From Bdellovibrionales bacterium (GTDB lineage: Bacteria > Bdellovibrionota > Bdellovibrionia > Bdellovibrionales > JAUICD01): a stretch of 64,000 nucleotides of DNA. The notes under the pieces were generated by a model. That model was not told where the DNA came from. It did no database searches and was given only the letters and a program-made list of their open reading frames with translations. Made by a program: the position numbers and the translations under genes. Location of the stretch: positions 320,001-384,000 of the forward strand of contig CBDANC010000015.1 in the NCBI GenBank assembly GCA_965197425.1, given 5' to 3'. Shown here piece by piece: positions 1 through 8,994 of the stretch. Each line of letters begins with the position of its first letter. Positions within the stretch are counted from its first letter, which is position 1.

Positions 1-1962
1 CAACTCACTTGAAAGTTGACCTGTCAGCTTATACTTCAATGCTGGATACAAAGTATGATTTATAAGAGACGACTTTCCAGAGCCACTAACACCAGTAACA
101 GTTACAAAACTATTTACAGGTAACCTAACTGATATATTTTTTAAATTATGTCCCCTGCAATTACTAACAGAAATAAATTTTGTATCACTATTCACGGATT
201 TTCTTCTAATAACTCTTTTAGGAATTTTGTTGTTTATAATTTTAGAAGTGATGGTAGGACAACTTTTTAAAAAATTGGAGATTTCGCCAGAGTACATAAT
301 CTCTCCACCAAAATTACCAGAATGAAGACCCATCTCCACAATATAATCAGAACTCTTAATCACATCTCGATCATGCTCCACAACAACCAAAGTATTTCCC
401 AAATCCTTCAACCTTTTCAATACACCAATAAGCTTATGATTATCTCTAGGATGTAAACCAACCGTAGGCTCATCCAACACATACATAGTTTGAGAAAGCT
501 GTAGTCCTAATTGACTTGCCAACCTGATCCTCTGATATTCTCCACCAGATAAAGTTTTGGTCATTCTATCTAAGGTTAAATAACTTACACCTACATCAAT
601 TAAGTATTTTAACCTAGACATTATTTGTTCTAAAGGCTCTTTGATTATAGCCATTTTCATTTTACTAAGCTTTAAATTTTGAAAAAAGTCATAAGCTTCT
701 TCAACTGTCATACTACATATTTCATGTATACTTTTATTTTTGATTTTTACAAATGAAGTTTCTTTCTTTAATCTAGTACCATTACATTCAGGGCAAGTGA
801 TATATCCGTGGTACCTATGTAAATTATATTTTTTGTTTCCATAATTCCAATTGTTCAACTGTTCAAAATAACGATCTATTCCAACAAACTTGTCATTACC
901 TTCAAATAGTTTTTTTCTTTCAGAGTCGTTCAATTTTTTCCAAGGCTTATCAATATTTATATTGTTTCTTTTACAAAAAGATAAAAGTTTTTTATGTTCA
1001 CTTGGCTTTCTAAATGGATTTATAGCTCCTTCGTTAATGCTAATCTCTTGATCAGGTATTACTTTGAGTTCATCAACTGATAAAATTTGGCCAATTCCCT
1101 CACAATATTCACAAGAACCATTAGGGTTTGTAAAACTAAAGAATGGAATATTTATCTCAGGCATTACAAAGTCACATTTGTAACACTTGGGTGTATTGCT
1201 AAACTTTAGCTCTAAACCTTCAGGTGTCAGAATTCGAATGACACCTCCCTGAATTCCATTTAAGTCACTATATGTTCTATAGGCAGCGGTAATTGAATCG
1301 GTTAGTCTATATTCGTTTTCTTTTTCAATTAATAGTCTATCTATTACCAACTCAAAATCTTGGCTATCTTTAATGTCTAAGCTTTTTTGTAAAGGGACAA
1401 TTTTTCCTTTATAAAAGCCTTTGGTGTAGCCAAGTGTATCTAATATTCCTATCAGGTGTCTTCTTGTACCTTTCGAAAGAATGTGGGATCTGTCTGATGA
1501 AATTGGTACCAAAATATAAGCTCTTTTACCTTCCAGCTTATCTAATGTAATCTTAGTTGCAGCCGAGGGGTCTTTTGCTTCAATTTTCACATTGTGTGTT
1601 GGACAAAAACTTTCGCCTATTTTTAAAAAACATACTCGTATATAATCCAAAAGCTCAGTTAGTGTTCCCACAGTTGATTTGCTGGTCTTTACTTTGTTAG
1701 CCTGATCTATTGCTATGGCAGGAGGAATGTTTTCGACACTAGATAATTGAGGTTTTGGAGCTTTGTCCAAAAATTGCCTTATATATATGGACATACTTTC
1801 TATATATCTTCTTTGGCCTTCGGCATATAGAGTGTCAAATGCAAGAGAGCTTTTGCCACTTCCACTAGGGCCGCATACACAGGTAAACTTACCAAGGGGT
1901 ATTTTAACATCTATGTTTTTTAAATTGTTTTGTTTAACACCGTAGAGTTCTATATAATTCAA
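1..1962 (-). CDS. uvrA: Excinuclease ABC subunit A (partial, runs off the window start; absent from the ORF track)
   Basis: Manual translation from TTG at 1962: MNYIELYGVKQNNLKNIDVKIPLGKFTCVCGPSGSGKSSLAFDTLYAEGQRRYIES; later LSGGEYQRIRLASQLG, DEPTVGLHPRD, VVEHD and second Walker A TGVSGSGKSS. Confidence 0.95.
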   Translation of the reverse strand, partial: MNYIELYGVKQNNLKNIDVKIPLGKFTCVCGPSGSGKSSLAFDTLYAEGQRRYIESMSIYIRQFLDKAPKPQLSSVENIPPAIAIDQANKVKTSKSTVGTLTELLDYIRVCFLKIGESFCPTHNVKIEAKDPSAATKITLDKLEGKRAYILVPISSDRSHILSKGTRRHLIGILDTLGYTKGFYKGKIVPLQKSLDIKDSQDFELVIDRLLIEKENEYRLTDSITAAYRTYSDLNGIQGGVIRILTPEGLELKFSNTPKCYKCDFVMPEINIPFFSFTNPNGSCEYCEGIGQILSVDELKVIPDQEISINEGAINPFRKPSEHKKLLSFCKRNNINIDKPWKKLNDSERKKLFEGNDKFVGIDRYFEQLNNWNYGNKKYNLHRYHGYITCPECNGTRLKKETSFVKIKNKSIHEICSMTVEEAYDFFQNLKLSKMKMAIIKEPLEQIMSRLKYLIDVGVSYLTLDRMTKTLSGGEYQRIRLASQLGLQLSQTMYVLDEPTVGLHPRDNHKLIGVLKRLKDLGNTLVVVEHDRDVIKSSDYIVEMGLHSGNFGGEIMYSGEISNFLKSCPTITSKIINNKIPKRVIRRKSVNSDTKFISVSNCRGHNLKNISVRLPVNSFVTVTGVSGSGKSSLINHTLYPALKYKLTGQLSSEL

Positions 1963-1999
1963 TCGTATAAATCCTGCTTAAAAAAATCTGCACTGTCTT
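1944..1999. repeat. 56-bp direct repeat, left copy (att-like boundary of islet)
   Basis: agagttctatataattcaatcgtataaatcctgcttaaaaaaatctgcactgtctt; matches 4241..4296 with 2 mismatches. Confidence 0.95.
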
Positions 2000-2231
2000 A
2001 TAAATAAACTTGAAGTAAGTTACTTTACTGTTCACTTAGGGGTTGTAGTGCAGGGCTTATCAGTTACTATCATATATCTGCCTAACTTTACACATAAAAA
2101 TATTTGAACAATTAGGTCAGTAACAAATTATTACTTGTGTTAAAGTGGCAGTTATGCGATTTTTTTGTCCTATGGAAATGGAACTTCATTCGAAACAATA
2201 AAATGGATAAGTACTTGAAGGAGTTATTTTT

Positions 2232-3230
2232 TTGAAAAACGGGGAAATAATTTTATATACCGATCCTAATGGTCAATTAGAGGTTCAATTAAGAGCATTC
2301 GAAGGAACAGTGTGGCTTACTCAAGCAGAAATGGCTGAACTCTTTGAATCCACAAAGCAAAATATAAGTCTACACCTAAAAAATATTTTTGAGGAAAAAG
2401 AATTGCCTAAAAATTCAGTTGTCAAGGAACTCTTGACAACTGCCCCAGATGGCAAGAATTACAGCACCTTATTCTATAATTTGGATGTAATCCTAGCCGT
2501 GGGGTATCGAGTTAAATCACATCGTGGCACACAGTTTCGCAAGTGGGCCACTACTACATTGAAGGAATATCTTGTCAAAGGCTTTGTGATGAATGACGAG
2601 CGTTTAAAGCAAGCTGATGACTGGGACTACTTTGATGAATGGTTAGAACGTATTCGTGATATAAGAGCATCTGAAAAACGTTTTTACCAAAAAGTAAAAG
2701 ATCTTTATGTCACAGCAGTTGACTATGATAAGAATTCCAACCAGGCTAAATTGTTTTTCAAAAAAGTTCAAAACAAAATGTTATGGGCAGTAACAGGTCA
2801 AACAGCTGCAGAACTTATTGCAAGTCGTAGTAATCCAGGAGAAGTCAACATGGGGCTAAGTTCTTGGAAGGGTTTAGTTGTAAGAAAGAGAGATGTCGGA
2901 GTTTCAAAAAACTATCTTAAAAAAGATGAGGTAACAGAGTTGAATAGTATTGTTAGCATGTATTTAGACTATGCAGAGTCTCAGGCTAAGGGTAGAAAAA
3001 CAATAAGCATGAAGCAGTGGGAGAAAAAGCTGGACGCATTTTTGAACTTTAATGAACAAGAGATATTAACTCATTCTGGGAAGGTTACAGCCTTGGTTGC
3101 CAAGAACCTAGCTGAAGAGAGGTATGAAGCTTTTGATTTAAAAAGAAGAGAAAGTGGAGCCTTAGAAGCAGATGAAAATGATATTAAAGAAATTGAGGAA
3201 TTGAGTAAGAGACTGAGTAAAAAAGATTAA
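2232..3230 (+). CDS. rhuM: Virulence RhuM family protein
   Basis: GTVWLTQAEMAELF, YNLDVILAVGYRVKSHRGTQFRKWAT..LKEYLVKGFVMNDERLK, IRDIRASEKRFYQKV motifs. Confidence 0.9.
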   Translation: MKNGEIILYTDPNGQLEVQLRAFEGTVWLTQAEMAELFESTKQNISLHLKNIFEEKELPKNSVVKELLTTAPDGKNYSTLFYNLDVILAVGYRVKSHRGTQFRKWATTTLKEYLVKGFVMNDERLKQADDWDYFDEWLERIRDIRASEKRFYQKVKDLYVTAVDYDKNSNQAKLFFKKVQNKMLWAVTGQTAAELIASRSNPGEVNMGLSSWKGLVVRKRDVGVSKNYLKKDEVTELNSIVSMYLDYAESQAKGRKTISMKQWEKKLDAFLNFNEQEILTHSGKVTALVAKNLAEERYEAFDLKRRESGALEADENDIKEIEELSKRLSKKD

Positions 3231-3236
3231 ATTATT

Positions 3237-4190
3237 ATGGAAAAGCTAACTTCATTTGGTTTTTTAGCGGAAAAAGTGCATTTGAAATTTGGAGACTATG
3301 AGATCAAGCCTCTAGATAATTTTGATGAAATTATTAACCGTGTAGAGCAGTCTTGCTTTATAGACGAGGGTTTTGTTTATCCTCCTATTTATGAGGAGAC
3401 AACAAAAAAAGATGGCATTTTCTGCGAAAAAATCCAATACCAGGCTAGTTCTAGAAAAAATAATATTAAAGCAAGCAACATCTCTCCGCCCTTCATTCCA
3501 GATATATTCACGTTTAGTGACACTCATAATCTCTTTGGGAAAAAAACTACCAGCTACAAAATAAATGATCTAGAAAATTCTGAACTGTTCTTCATACTTC
3601 AGTTTGTCTCATATTTGTATGGAGTAAGAATTATGCCAGAGAATCTCTGGTATGATGGAAAACTCTCCTTCAAGTCAAGAAATCATATAAATCTTCGGAA
3701 GCAAAACGCTGAAAAAGCACTAGAAGTTGCCTTAGAAAATTGGAGAAAAATGACTAAACAAAATAGAGCTAAAATTATTGGTATGCTTATGATGCATTCA
3801 AAAATTCCTAGCTATCATTGGGCTTTTGAAAAACTTATTTGGGAGTACGGGCTTTTTCAGTGTTGCTATGATTGGCTATGCCCTAATAAAAAGAAAGAAG
3901 AATTTAGAGATATGAATAAACTTCTTGATTGTTACGAAATAGCCCATGATCAAAAAGATAAAGAGTGGGCAGATCGCATTAGAGAAACCAGAAATGATTT
4001 AGTACATGAGCAAAAATGGTATCATCAGATGTTGCAGGGAAAACTAGATAATTCAAACTATGAAGATACTCGCTCACTTCATCGACTGAATCATCGATTG
4101 CTCGGCCTATGCCTAAGGTTTTCTGGTGGTTATTTTAAATCTAATTGGGGTTCAATTGGACAAAAGGGTTTTGAATGTGATCAGACATAG
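3237..4190 (+). CDS. Putative HEPN-domain protein (ApeA-like, possible RNase/defence effector)
   Basis: C-terminal helical region with Rx4H motif RETRNDLVHE; starts 6 nt after rhuM. Confidence 0.55.
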   Translation: MEKLTSFGFLAEKVHLKFGDYEIKPLDNFDEIINRVEQSCFIDEGFVYPPIYEETTKKDGIFCEKIQYQASSRKNNIKASNISPPFIPDIFTFSDTHNLFGKKTTSYKINDLENSELFFILQFVSYLYGVRIMPENLWYDGKLSFKSRNHINLRKQNAEKALEVALENWRKMTKQNRAKIIGMLMMHSKIPSYHWAFEKLIWEYGLFQCCYDWLCPNKKKEEFRDMNKLLDCYEIAHDQKDKEWADRIRETRNDLVHEQKWYHQMLQGKLDNSNYEDTRSLHRLNHRLLGLCLRFSGGYFKSNWGSIGQKGFECDQT

Positions 4191-4240
4191 TTGTTTTTAT
4201 TTGAGAAATAGCTCTTATCTTATTTTAAAAACAATTCAAG

Positions 4241-4296
4241 AGAGTTCTATATAATTCAATCGTATAAATCCTGCTTGAAAAAATCTGTACTGTCTT
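4241..4296. repeat. 56-bp direct repeat, right copy
   Basis: Contains the PBP1A stop (TGA 4256-4258) overlapping a copy of the uvrA TTG start and first codons. Confidence 0.95.
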
Positions 4297-7006
4297 CTGT
4301 TTCTTCTGTTCTAGTTTTAGGCTCACTTCCTTCAATAAAAGCTTGTCTTACAACTTCTTTAGAATCGCTGGAAGCCAAAAACCCAGTTTCATTATCTATA
4401 CTGGCAAATACAATGTCTTCTGGGATCTGAAATTCTAGCTTAGGTAAGTCTTGGTGTACTTGTTTCATGTAATCAATCCAGATAGGTAGTGCAGCAGCTC
4501 CACCGGTTTCTGCAAAACCAATTGTTCTTTCATTGTCATAACCAACCCAAACACCCGTTATGATTTGAGGAGTGTACCCAATATACCAAGCATCAAAGTA
4601 ACCACTAGTTGTACCAGTCTTTCCAGCAGATGTTCTCTCCAAGTTTAGAGCCCTTCTAGCTGTACCTCCAGGCTCTTCCACCGCAGCTTTAAGTAAACTG
4701 GTAGTCACATACGCAACCTGCTCTGAGATTAATTGCTCTGAATCTTCAAAAAAAATGTTGGGTTCATTGGTATTCTCACTTTCGCTAACAGAACTATTGT
4801 CGCTAGTATTCTCATTATCATTTTCTGAATCACTGCTAGGCTCTAATTGTTGTTCAAAAAAACTAAGTCTTCTTTGTTCGAACTCTTGATCAATTGGAAA
4901 AATTTTATCTTCAAATCTCAAGTCAACCATAACATTAGAACCTATTACCTCGTCCTTTTCTGATATTTCTCTAACCAATACGGGTGAAAATTTTTTCCCT
5001 AAGTTTGCAAAGTGTGAAAATGACTTTGTCATCTCATATAAAGTTAGGCTGCTGGAACCTAAGCCCATACTCAAATCCATATTTAAGGAGCTAAATACTC
5101 CCAGTCTTCTAGCATAATCTCTGATCCTAGATACTCCGATATTCTGCATAATTTTAATGGTTGGAATATTCTGAGATCGCTTTAAGGCATTTCTAAACAA
5201 AATATCCCCACTGAACTTAGAGGAGTAGTTCTTTGGTTTCCACGCTGTAGTTGTTGTAACCGCTACTGCATCTAAGTTTTCGCCTTGAATGTCCATATCA
5301 AGAGAATTGGCATAAGCTTCGGCTTTGTCTTGGGTAGTGTCCTGTTTATACACAACAGGTGCATCTAGTATTACAGAGCTTGGAGTGTATCCTTTGTCCA
5401 GTGCAGCTGAATATACAATGGGTTTAAAGGATGATCCAGGCTGCCTTAGTGCTTGAAGTGCTCTATTAAACTTTGACTTTTCAAAATCATAACCACCTAT
5501 CATTGCAACCACATCCCCAGTTTTTAAATCAAATGAAATTAAAGAACCTTGCATAACGGGAGTTTGCTCTAGCAAAAGACCAACATAGTTTTTAAATTCA
5601 GGGAGAGTACTAGGCTTTCTTTTCTTTTCATCAATTCTAGGAGAGGAAAATGTACGTGATGCAATTTTTATCTCTATAACATCGCCCTCTTTTAAAGCGT
5701 TGGAAGGTTTAGTAATTTGTCTAAAGTCCCATCTAACCTTGTTATCAGGTGGACCTGCCCAATTCATTGTATCTATGTCTATTAAGCCTTGAGCTTCAGC
5801 AAATCTAACTTCAACCAATCCCAATTTATCATCTACATTTACAACAATTCCCTTAGTAATATCTCCAATGTTCAAGTAATCAGGTAGTTTGTACTCTAGC
5901 TCAGAGGGTGTTTTCATTGGAGGTTTTGGTTTTACACTTCCATCAGCCAATATCACCATTATGGGATTTGACTTGTCCATCAGTTCTTCTCTGGTGGTTT
6001 GTAAAAACTCTTCTCTGGCTTCTTGGTCTGCTATGTTGTCTAAACTTTCTCTGTAGCCGCTTCTTTTATCAACTTCTCTTAAGCCCTCTCTTAAACTTTT
6101 TTGAGCAGCCAGTTGTTTTTCCAAGTGCATTGATACTTGAATCTTTATACCTTCATCTAACATTTTGTTTTCGTCCACAACTTGAATCATGTATTGCCTA
6201 ACTGCTTCTAAATAATAGGGAGCTATATCTTTATATTTGTTGTGGCTATAGACTATAAGCTCCTCATTTTTAATATCTTGAAGTTCTTCTGCTGATATAT
6301 ACTCTTCTGCAAGCATTCTACCTAGAACATATAGCTGTCTTGTTTTTGCATTAGAGGGATTTATTATAGGTGAGTATCTGCTAGGTGCTTTTGGCAGTCC
6401 TGCTATTAAAGCAATTTCTGCGGTTGTGAGTTCATCTAAATTTTTTCTAAAATAAGTTTCAGCAGCCATCTTAATACCATATGCTCCTGAACCAAAATAT
6501 ATTTGGTTAAGATAGAGATACAAAATATCGGATTTGGATAGAGTGTGTTCCATTCTTTTTGCTAAAAATAACTCTTGAATTTTTCTAGTATAAGTTTTTT
6601 CTGGAGTTAACAGTAATGACTTGGCAGCTTGCTGTGTGATGGTTGATCCGCCTTGAATTTTTCTACCAGCTTTTATATTAGCAATCATTGCTCTTATAAT
6701 TGCCAGTTTATCCACACCAGAGTGATTGAAGAACTCGGCATCCTCAGTTGCAATAAATGCATCTATTAATTTTTTTGGAATATCTTCAAACTCTACAAGC
6801 TTTCTTTTTTCTCTAAAAAACTCCCCTATCTTTTCCCCATTAGCATCAAAAACCTCAGATACTAATCTGGGTTTAAAGTCCTCAACTGTTACAAGGTTAG
6901 GTAGAGTGTTATACAAGTATAGCAAGTACAACATAATGCCTATGGTTGTAGCAGAGCACATAGATAACGATGTAATAACAATTTGCTTAAATACTTTTTT
7001 GTTCAT
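4256..7006 (-). CDS. mrcA: Penicillin-binding protein 1A (class A transglycosylase/transpeptidase)
   Basis: N-terminal TM; EDAEFFNHSG, GGSTITQQ, RKIQE glycosyltransferase motifs; SxxK (PGSSFKP), SQN, KTG. Confidence 0.95.
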   Translation of the reverse strand: MNKKVFKQIVITSLSMCSATTIGIMLYLLYLYNTLPNLVTVEDFKPRLVSEVFDANGEKIGEFFREKRKLVEFEDIPKKLIDAFIATEDAEFFNHSGVDKLAIIRAMIANIKAGRKIQGGSTITQQAAKSLLLTPEKTYTRKIQELFLAKRMEHTLSKSDILYLYLNQIYFGSGAYGIKMAAETYFRKNLDELTTAEIALIAGLPKAPSRYSPIINPSNAKTRQLYVLGRMLAEEYISAEELQDIKNEELIVYSHNKYKDIAPYYLEAVRQYMIQVVDENKMLDEGIKIQVSMHLEKQLAAQKSLREGLREVDKRSGYRESLDNIADQEAREEFLQTTREELMDKSNPIMVILADGSVKPKPPMKTPSELEYKLPDYLNIGDITKGIVVNVDDKLGLVEVRFAEAQGLIDIDTMNWAGPPDNKVRWDFRQITKPSNALKEGDVIEIKIASRTFSSPRIDEKKRKPSTLPEFKNYVGLLLEQTPVMQGSLISFDLKTGDVVAMIGGYDFEKSKFNRALQALRQPGSSFKPIVYSAALDKGYTPSSVILDAPVVYKQDTTQDKAEAYANSLDMDIQGENLDAVAVTTTTAWKPKNYSSKFSGDILFRNALKRSQNIPTIKIMQNIGVSRIRDYARRLGVFSSLNMDLSMGLGSSSLTLYEMTKSFSHFANLGKKFSPVLVREISEKDEVIGSNVMVDLRFEDKIFPIDQEFEQRRLSFFEQQLEPSSDSENDNENTSDNSSVSESENTNEPNIFFEDSEQLISEQVAYVTTSLLKAAVEEPGGTARRALNLERTSAGKTGTTSGYFDAWYIGYTPQIITGVWVGYDNERTIGFAETGGAAALPIWIDYMKQVHQDLPKLEFQIPEDIVFASIDNETGFLASSDSKEVVRQAFIEGSEPKTRTEETEDSTDFFKQDLYD

Positions 7007-7246
7007 CAGCTCTAGTTTTGTCCATGAGTTTCTAGTCTAAATCCTATACGGATGTCTAATTAAATACATTAGTTTATTAAACGCTTCAATGGTTTGAGAT
7101 CCATTTTTCCAAAATTTATAGGAGCAGGCGGAATATGGGATGTTATGAGTTTTGTGGTATAATAATTATTTTCTATGCAATGTTACAACTTATTCTAGAC
7201 CATTTGGACTTGATGGTATAGGTGTTATTTGGTTTTCTTATGAAAA

Positions 7247-7394
7247 GGGATCAGCTTCATGTACAGTGCTGGGCAACCATTCGGCTAAAAAACCGACTGC
7301 AAAGGAGGTTCATCCAATTGGATAATATAAAGATTTATCCCGTGAGCCAATTGAACCAAAGTAGGCGTAGCCTCGCCTCGTTAGGAAGACCTTT
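7247..7394 (+). repeat. Modular intergenic repeat, locus A (carries the 66-bp nested unit; ends at rsmE ATG)
   Basis: gggatcagc...cagtgctgggcaacc...ttaggaagaccttt-ATG. Confidence 0.9.
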
Positions 7395-8099
7395 ATGAGA
7401 AGATATTTGGTTAAAGATAAGCCAGAAGGTGAGTTTTTTGTCATTAAAGGTGGCAAACTACACCACATTTTTAATGTATGTAAGCATTCTGTAGGGTCCA
7501 AATTTGAAATCATAAACCCTCAAATATCTTACCTGGTTCGGGCTGAAGAGGTGGATAAACGCAAAGCAATATGTAGGGTTCTCTCAAAGAAAATAAAACC
7601 AAAACTCAAAAAACCGTTTTTGCACCTGTATGTCAGTATGCCCAAACTTTCTACCTTCGAGTTTATTTTGGAAAAGTGTGTGGAGCTTGGGGTTAAGTCT
7701 GTTACACCTGTGTTTAGCCAGTTTTCTGATATAAAGAATCAAAAAAGAATTTCTTCGAAGGCTAATAGGTGGGAAAAGATAATAGAATCAGCTACTGAGC
7801 AATGTAATCGTGGCGACTTTATGGTAATAAACCAGGCAGGTTTTTTAGACCAGATGGTGAAAGGCCAAGGTGGGTTTTTTGCTGATATAAAATCCGGAGG
7901 ATTTGATGTAATAGATGAGAAAAACCTACCAGAAGATATAAGTTTATTTGTGGGAAGTGAAGGGGGTTTCTCGGATAAGGAGAGAGAAGAATTTATAACA
8001 TCAGGTATAAAGGGTGTAGGGTTTGGAGATAATATTTTAAGAGTTGAAACGGCTTGTATAGTGTTTATCAGTATTTGTAAATACAAGCTAAAAATATAG
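7395..8099 (+). CDS. rsmE: 16S rRNA m3U1498 methyltransferase
   Basis: EKCVELGV, ATEQCNR, VGSEGGFS, ILRVETA SPOUT motifs. Confidence 0.93.
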   Translation: MRRYLVKDKPEGEFFVIKGGKLHHIFNVCKHSVGSKFEIINPQISYLVRAEEVDKRKAICRVLSKKIKPKLKKPFLHLYVSMPKLSTFEFILEKCVELGVKSVTPVFSQFSDIKNQKRISSKANRWEKIIESATEQCNRGDFMVINQAGFLDQMVKGQGGFFADIKSGGFDVIDEKNLPEDISLFVGSEGGFSDKEREEFITSGIKGVGFGDNILRVETACIVFISICKYKLKI

Positions 8100-8214
8100 T
8101 GCTGGGGGAGACCTTTATGGAGATGAGTTTGATGACATGTGTAGAGCTGGGCAACCATTCGGCTAAGAAAAGTGAACAAGTCCACTTGTTTTTAGCCTCA
8201 TTAGGAAGACCTTT
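8098..8214 (+). repeat. Modular intergenic repeat, locus B (ends at cmk ATG)
   Basis: agtgctgggggagaccttt...agagctgggcaaccattcggc...ttaggaagaccttt-ATG. Confidence 0.9.
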
Positions 8215-8865
8215 ATGAGCTTAAAAATTATAACAATAGACGGTCCTACTGCATCTGGAAAAACTACCGTAAGTCAAATTGTTGCAGATAACCTTGGTTA
8301 TAGCTGGGTATCAACTGGAGTTTTTTACAGATCTTTGGCATATATTTCTCAAAAAATTGATCTGGAAGATAAATTACTGGAACAAAAATTGGTAGGCCTT
8401 GTGAATGACTCATGGCAAGTCATCATGAAAAAAGATAAGACCGCCTTAATCTTAAACGGTGAAGATGTAACTCACAATCTTAGTACAGAAGAAATAGGGA
8501 CGAGGGCAAGCATTATTAGCGTACTACCGGGGGTAAGAGCAGCGCTACTTCCCAGACAAAGAGAACTTACAAAAAAAGCTGTAAATGGGTTAATTGCTGA
8601 GGGCAGAGACTGCGGAACTGTGGTATTTCCGGAGGCTTTGTTGAAGTTTTATCTAACAGCTAGAGATTCAGCCAGGCTCAATAGGCGTTTTTCTGAAAAC
8701 GAAGGTTTTGCCAAATTTCAGCTTGAAAGAGATGAAAGAGATAGTAAAAGAAAACACTCACCTCTTAGTCAGGCACCAGGATCAATAATAATTGATACCA
8801 CCAAAATTAGCCTAAATGAAGTTGTAGAATCTGTAATAGGCCATATAAAAAAGTATGTTCAGTAG
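8215..8865 (+). CDS. cmk: Cytidylate kinase
   Basis: ITIDGPTASGKTT, EGRDCGTVVFPEA, ERDERDSKR; upstream of rpsA. Confidence 0.95.
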   Translation: MSLKIITIDGPTASGKTTVSQIVADNLGYSWVSTGVFYRSLAYISQKIDLEDKLLEQKLVGLVNDSWQVIMKKDKTALILNGEDVTHNLSTEEIGTRASIISVLPGVRAALLPRQRELTKKAVNGLIAEGRDCGTVVFPEALLKFYLTARDSARLNRRFSENEGFAKFQLERDERDSKRKHSPLSQAPGSIIIDTTKISLNEVVESVIGHIKKYVQ

Positions 8866-8994
8866 GAAGTTTGTATTTTACCTTTGACAATAAGAGGTTA
8901 GTATCAGACAACCTAACCTCGTTTGGTAATACTAATAATCCAGAAGAATAGGAGTATACACAAATGGAAGTCAATTTAATGGGAGTAAAAATAT

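Larger units (their letters stand above)
1944..4296. mobile_element. 2.3-kb islet (RhuM + HEPN-like gene) inserted at the PBP1A/uvrA junction; no integrase
   Basis: Bounded by 56-bp direct repeats that duplicate the PBP1A 3' end and uvrA start; cargo is on the opposite strand to the flanking genes. Confidence 0.8.

Noticed and set aside
1763..1945. 60-aa plus-strand ORF, and the many other short antisense or overlapping ORFs in the track
   Set aside because: They are shadows of well-supported genes on the other strand or frame (here uvrA), or translations of repeats (e.g. 7310..7513, 33227..33451, 41044..41247).
7247..8214. Riboswitch (SAM-I or cobalamin) suggested by CCAGAG, GGCAACC and GAAGACCT
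   Set aside because: Motif order and other conserved elements do not fit; copies occur in both orientations and after stop codons of unrelated genes.
8884..8921. TTGACA plus gaggttag/ctaacctc hairpin upstream of rpsA as an autoregulatory leader
   Set aside because: Plausible, but there is no clear -10 at proper spacing and no comparative support, so it was not called.
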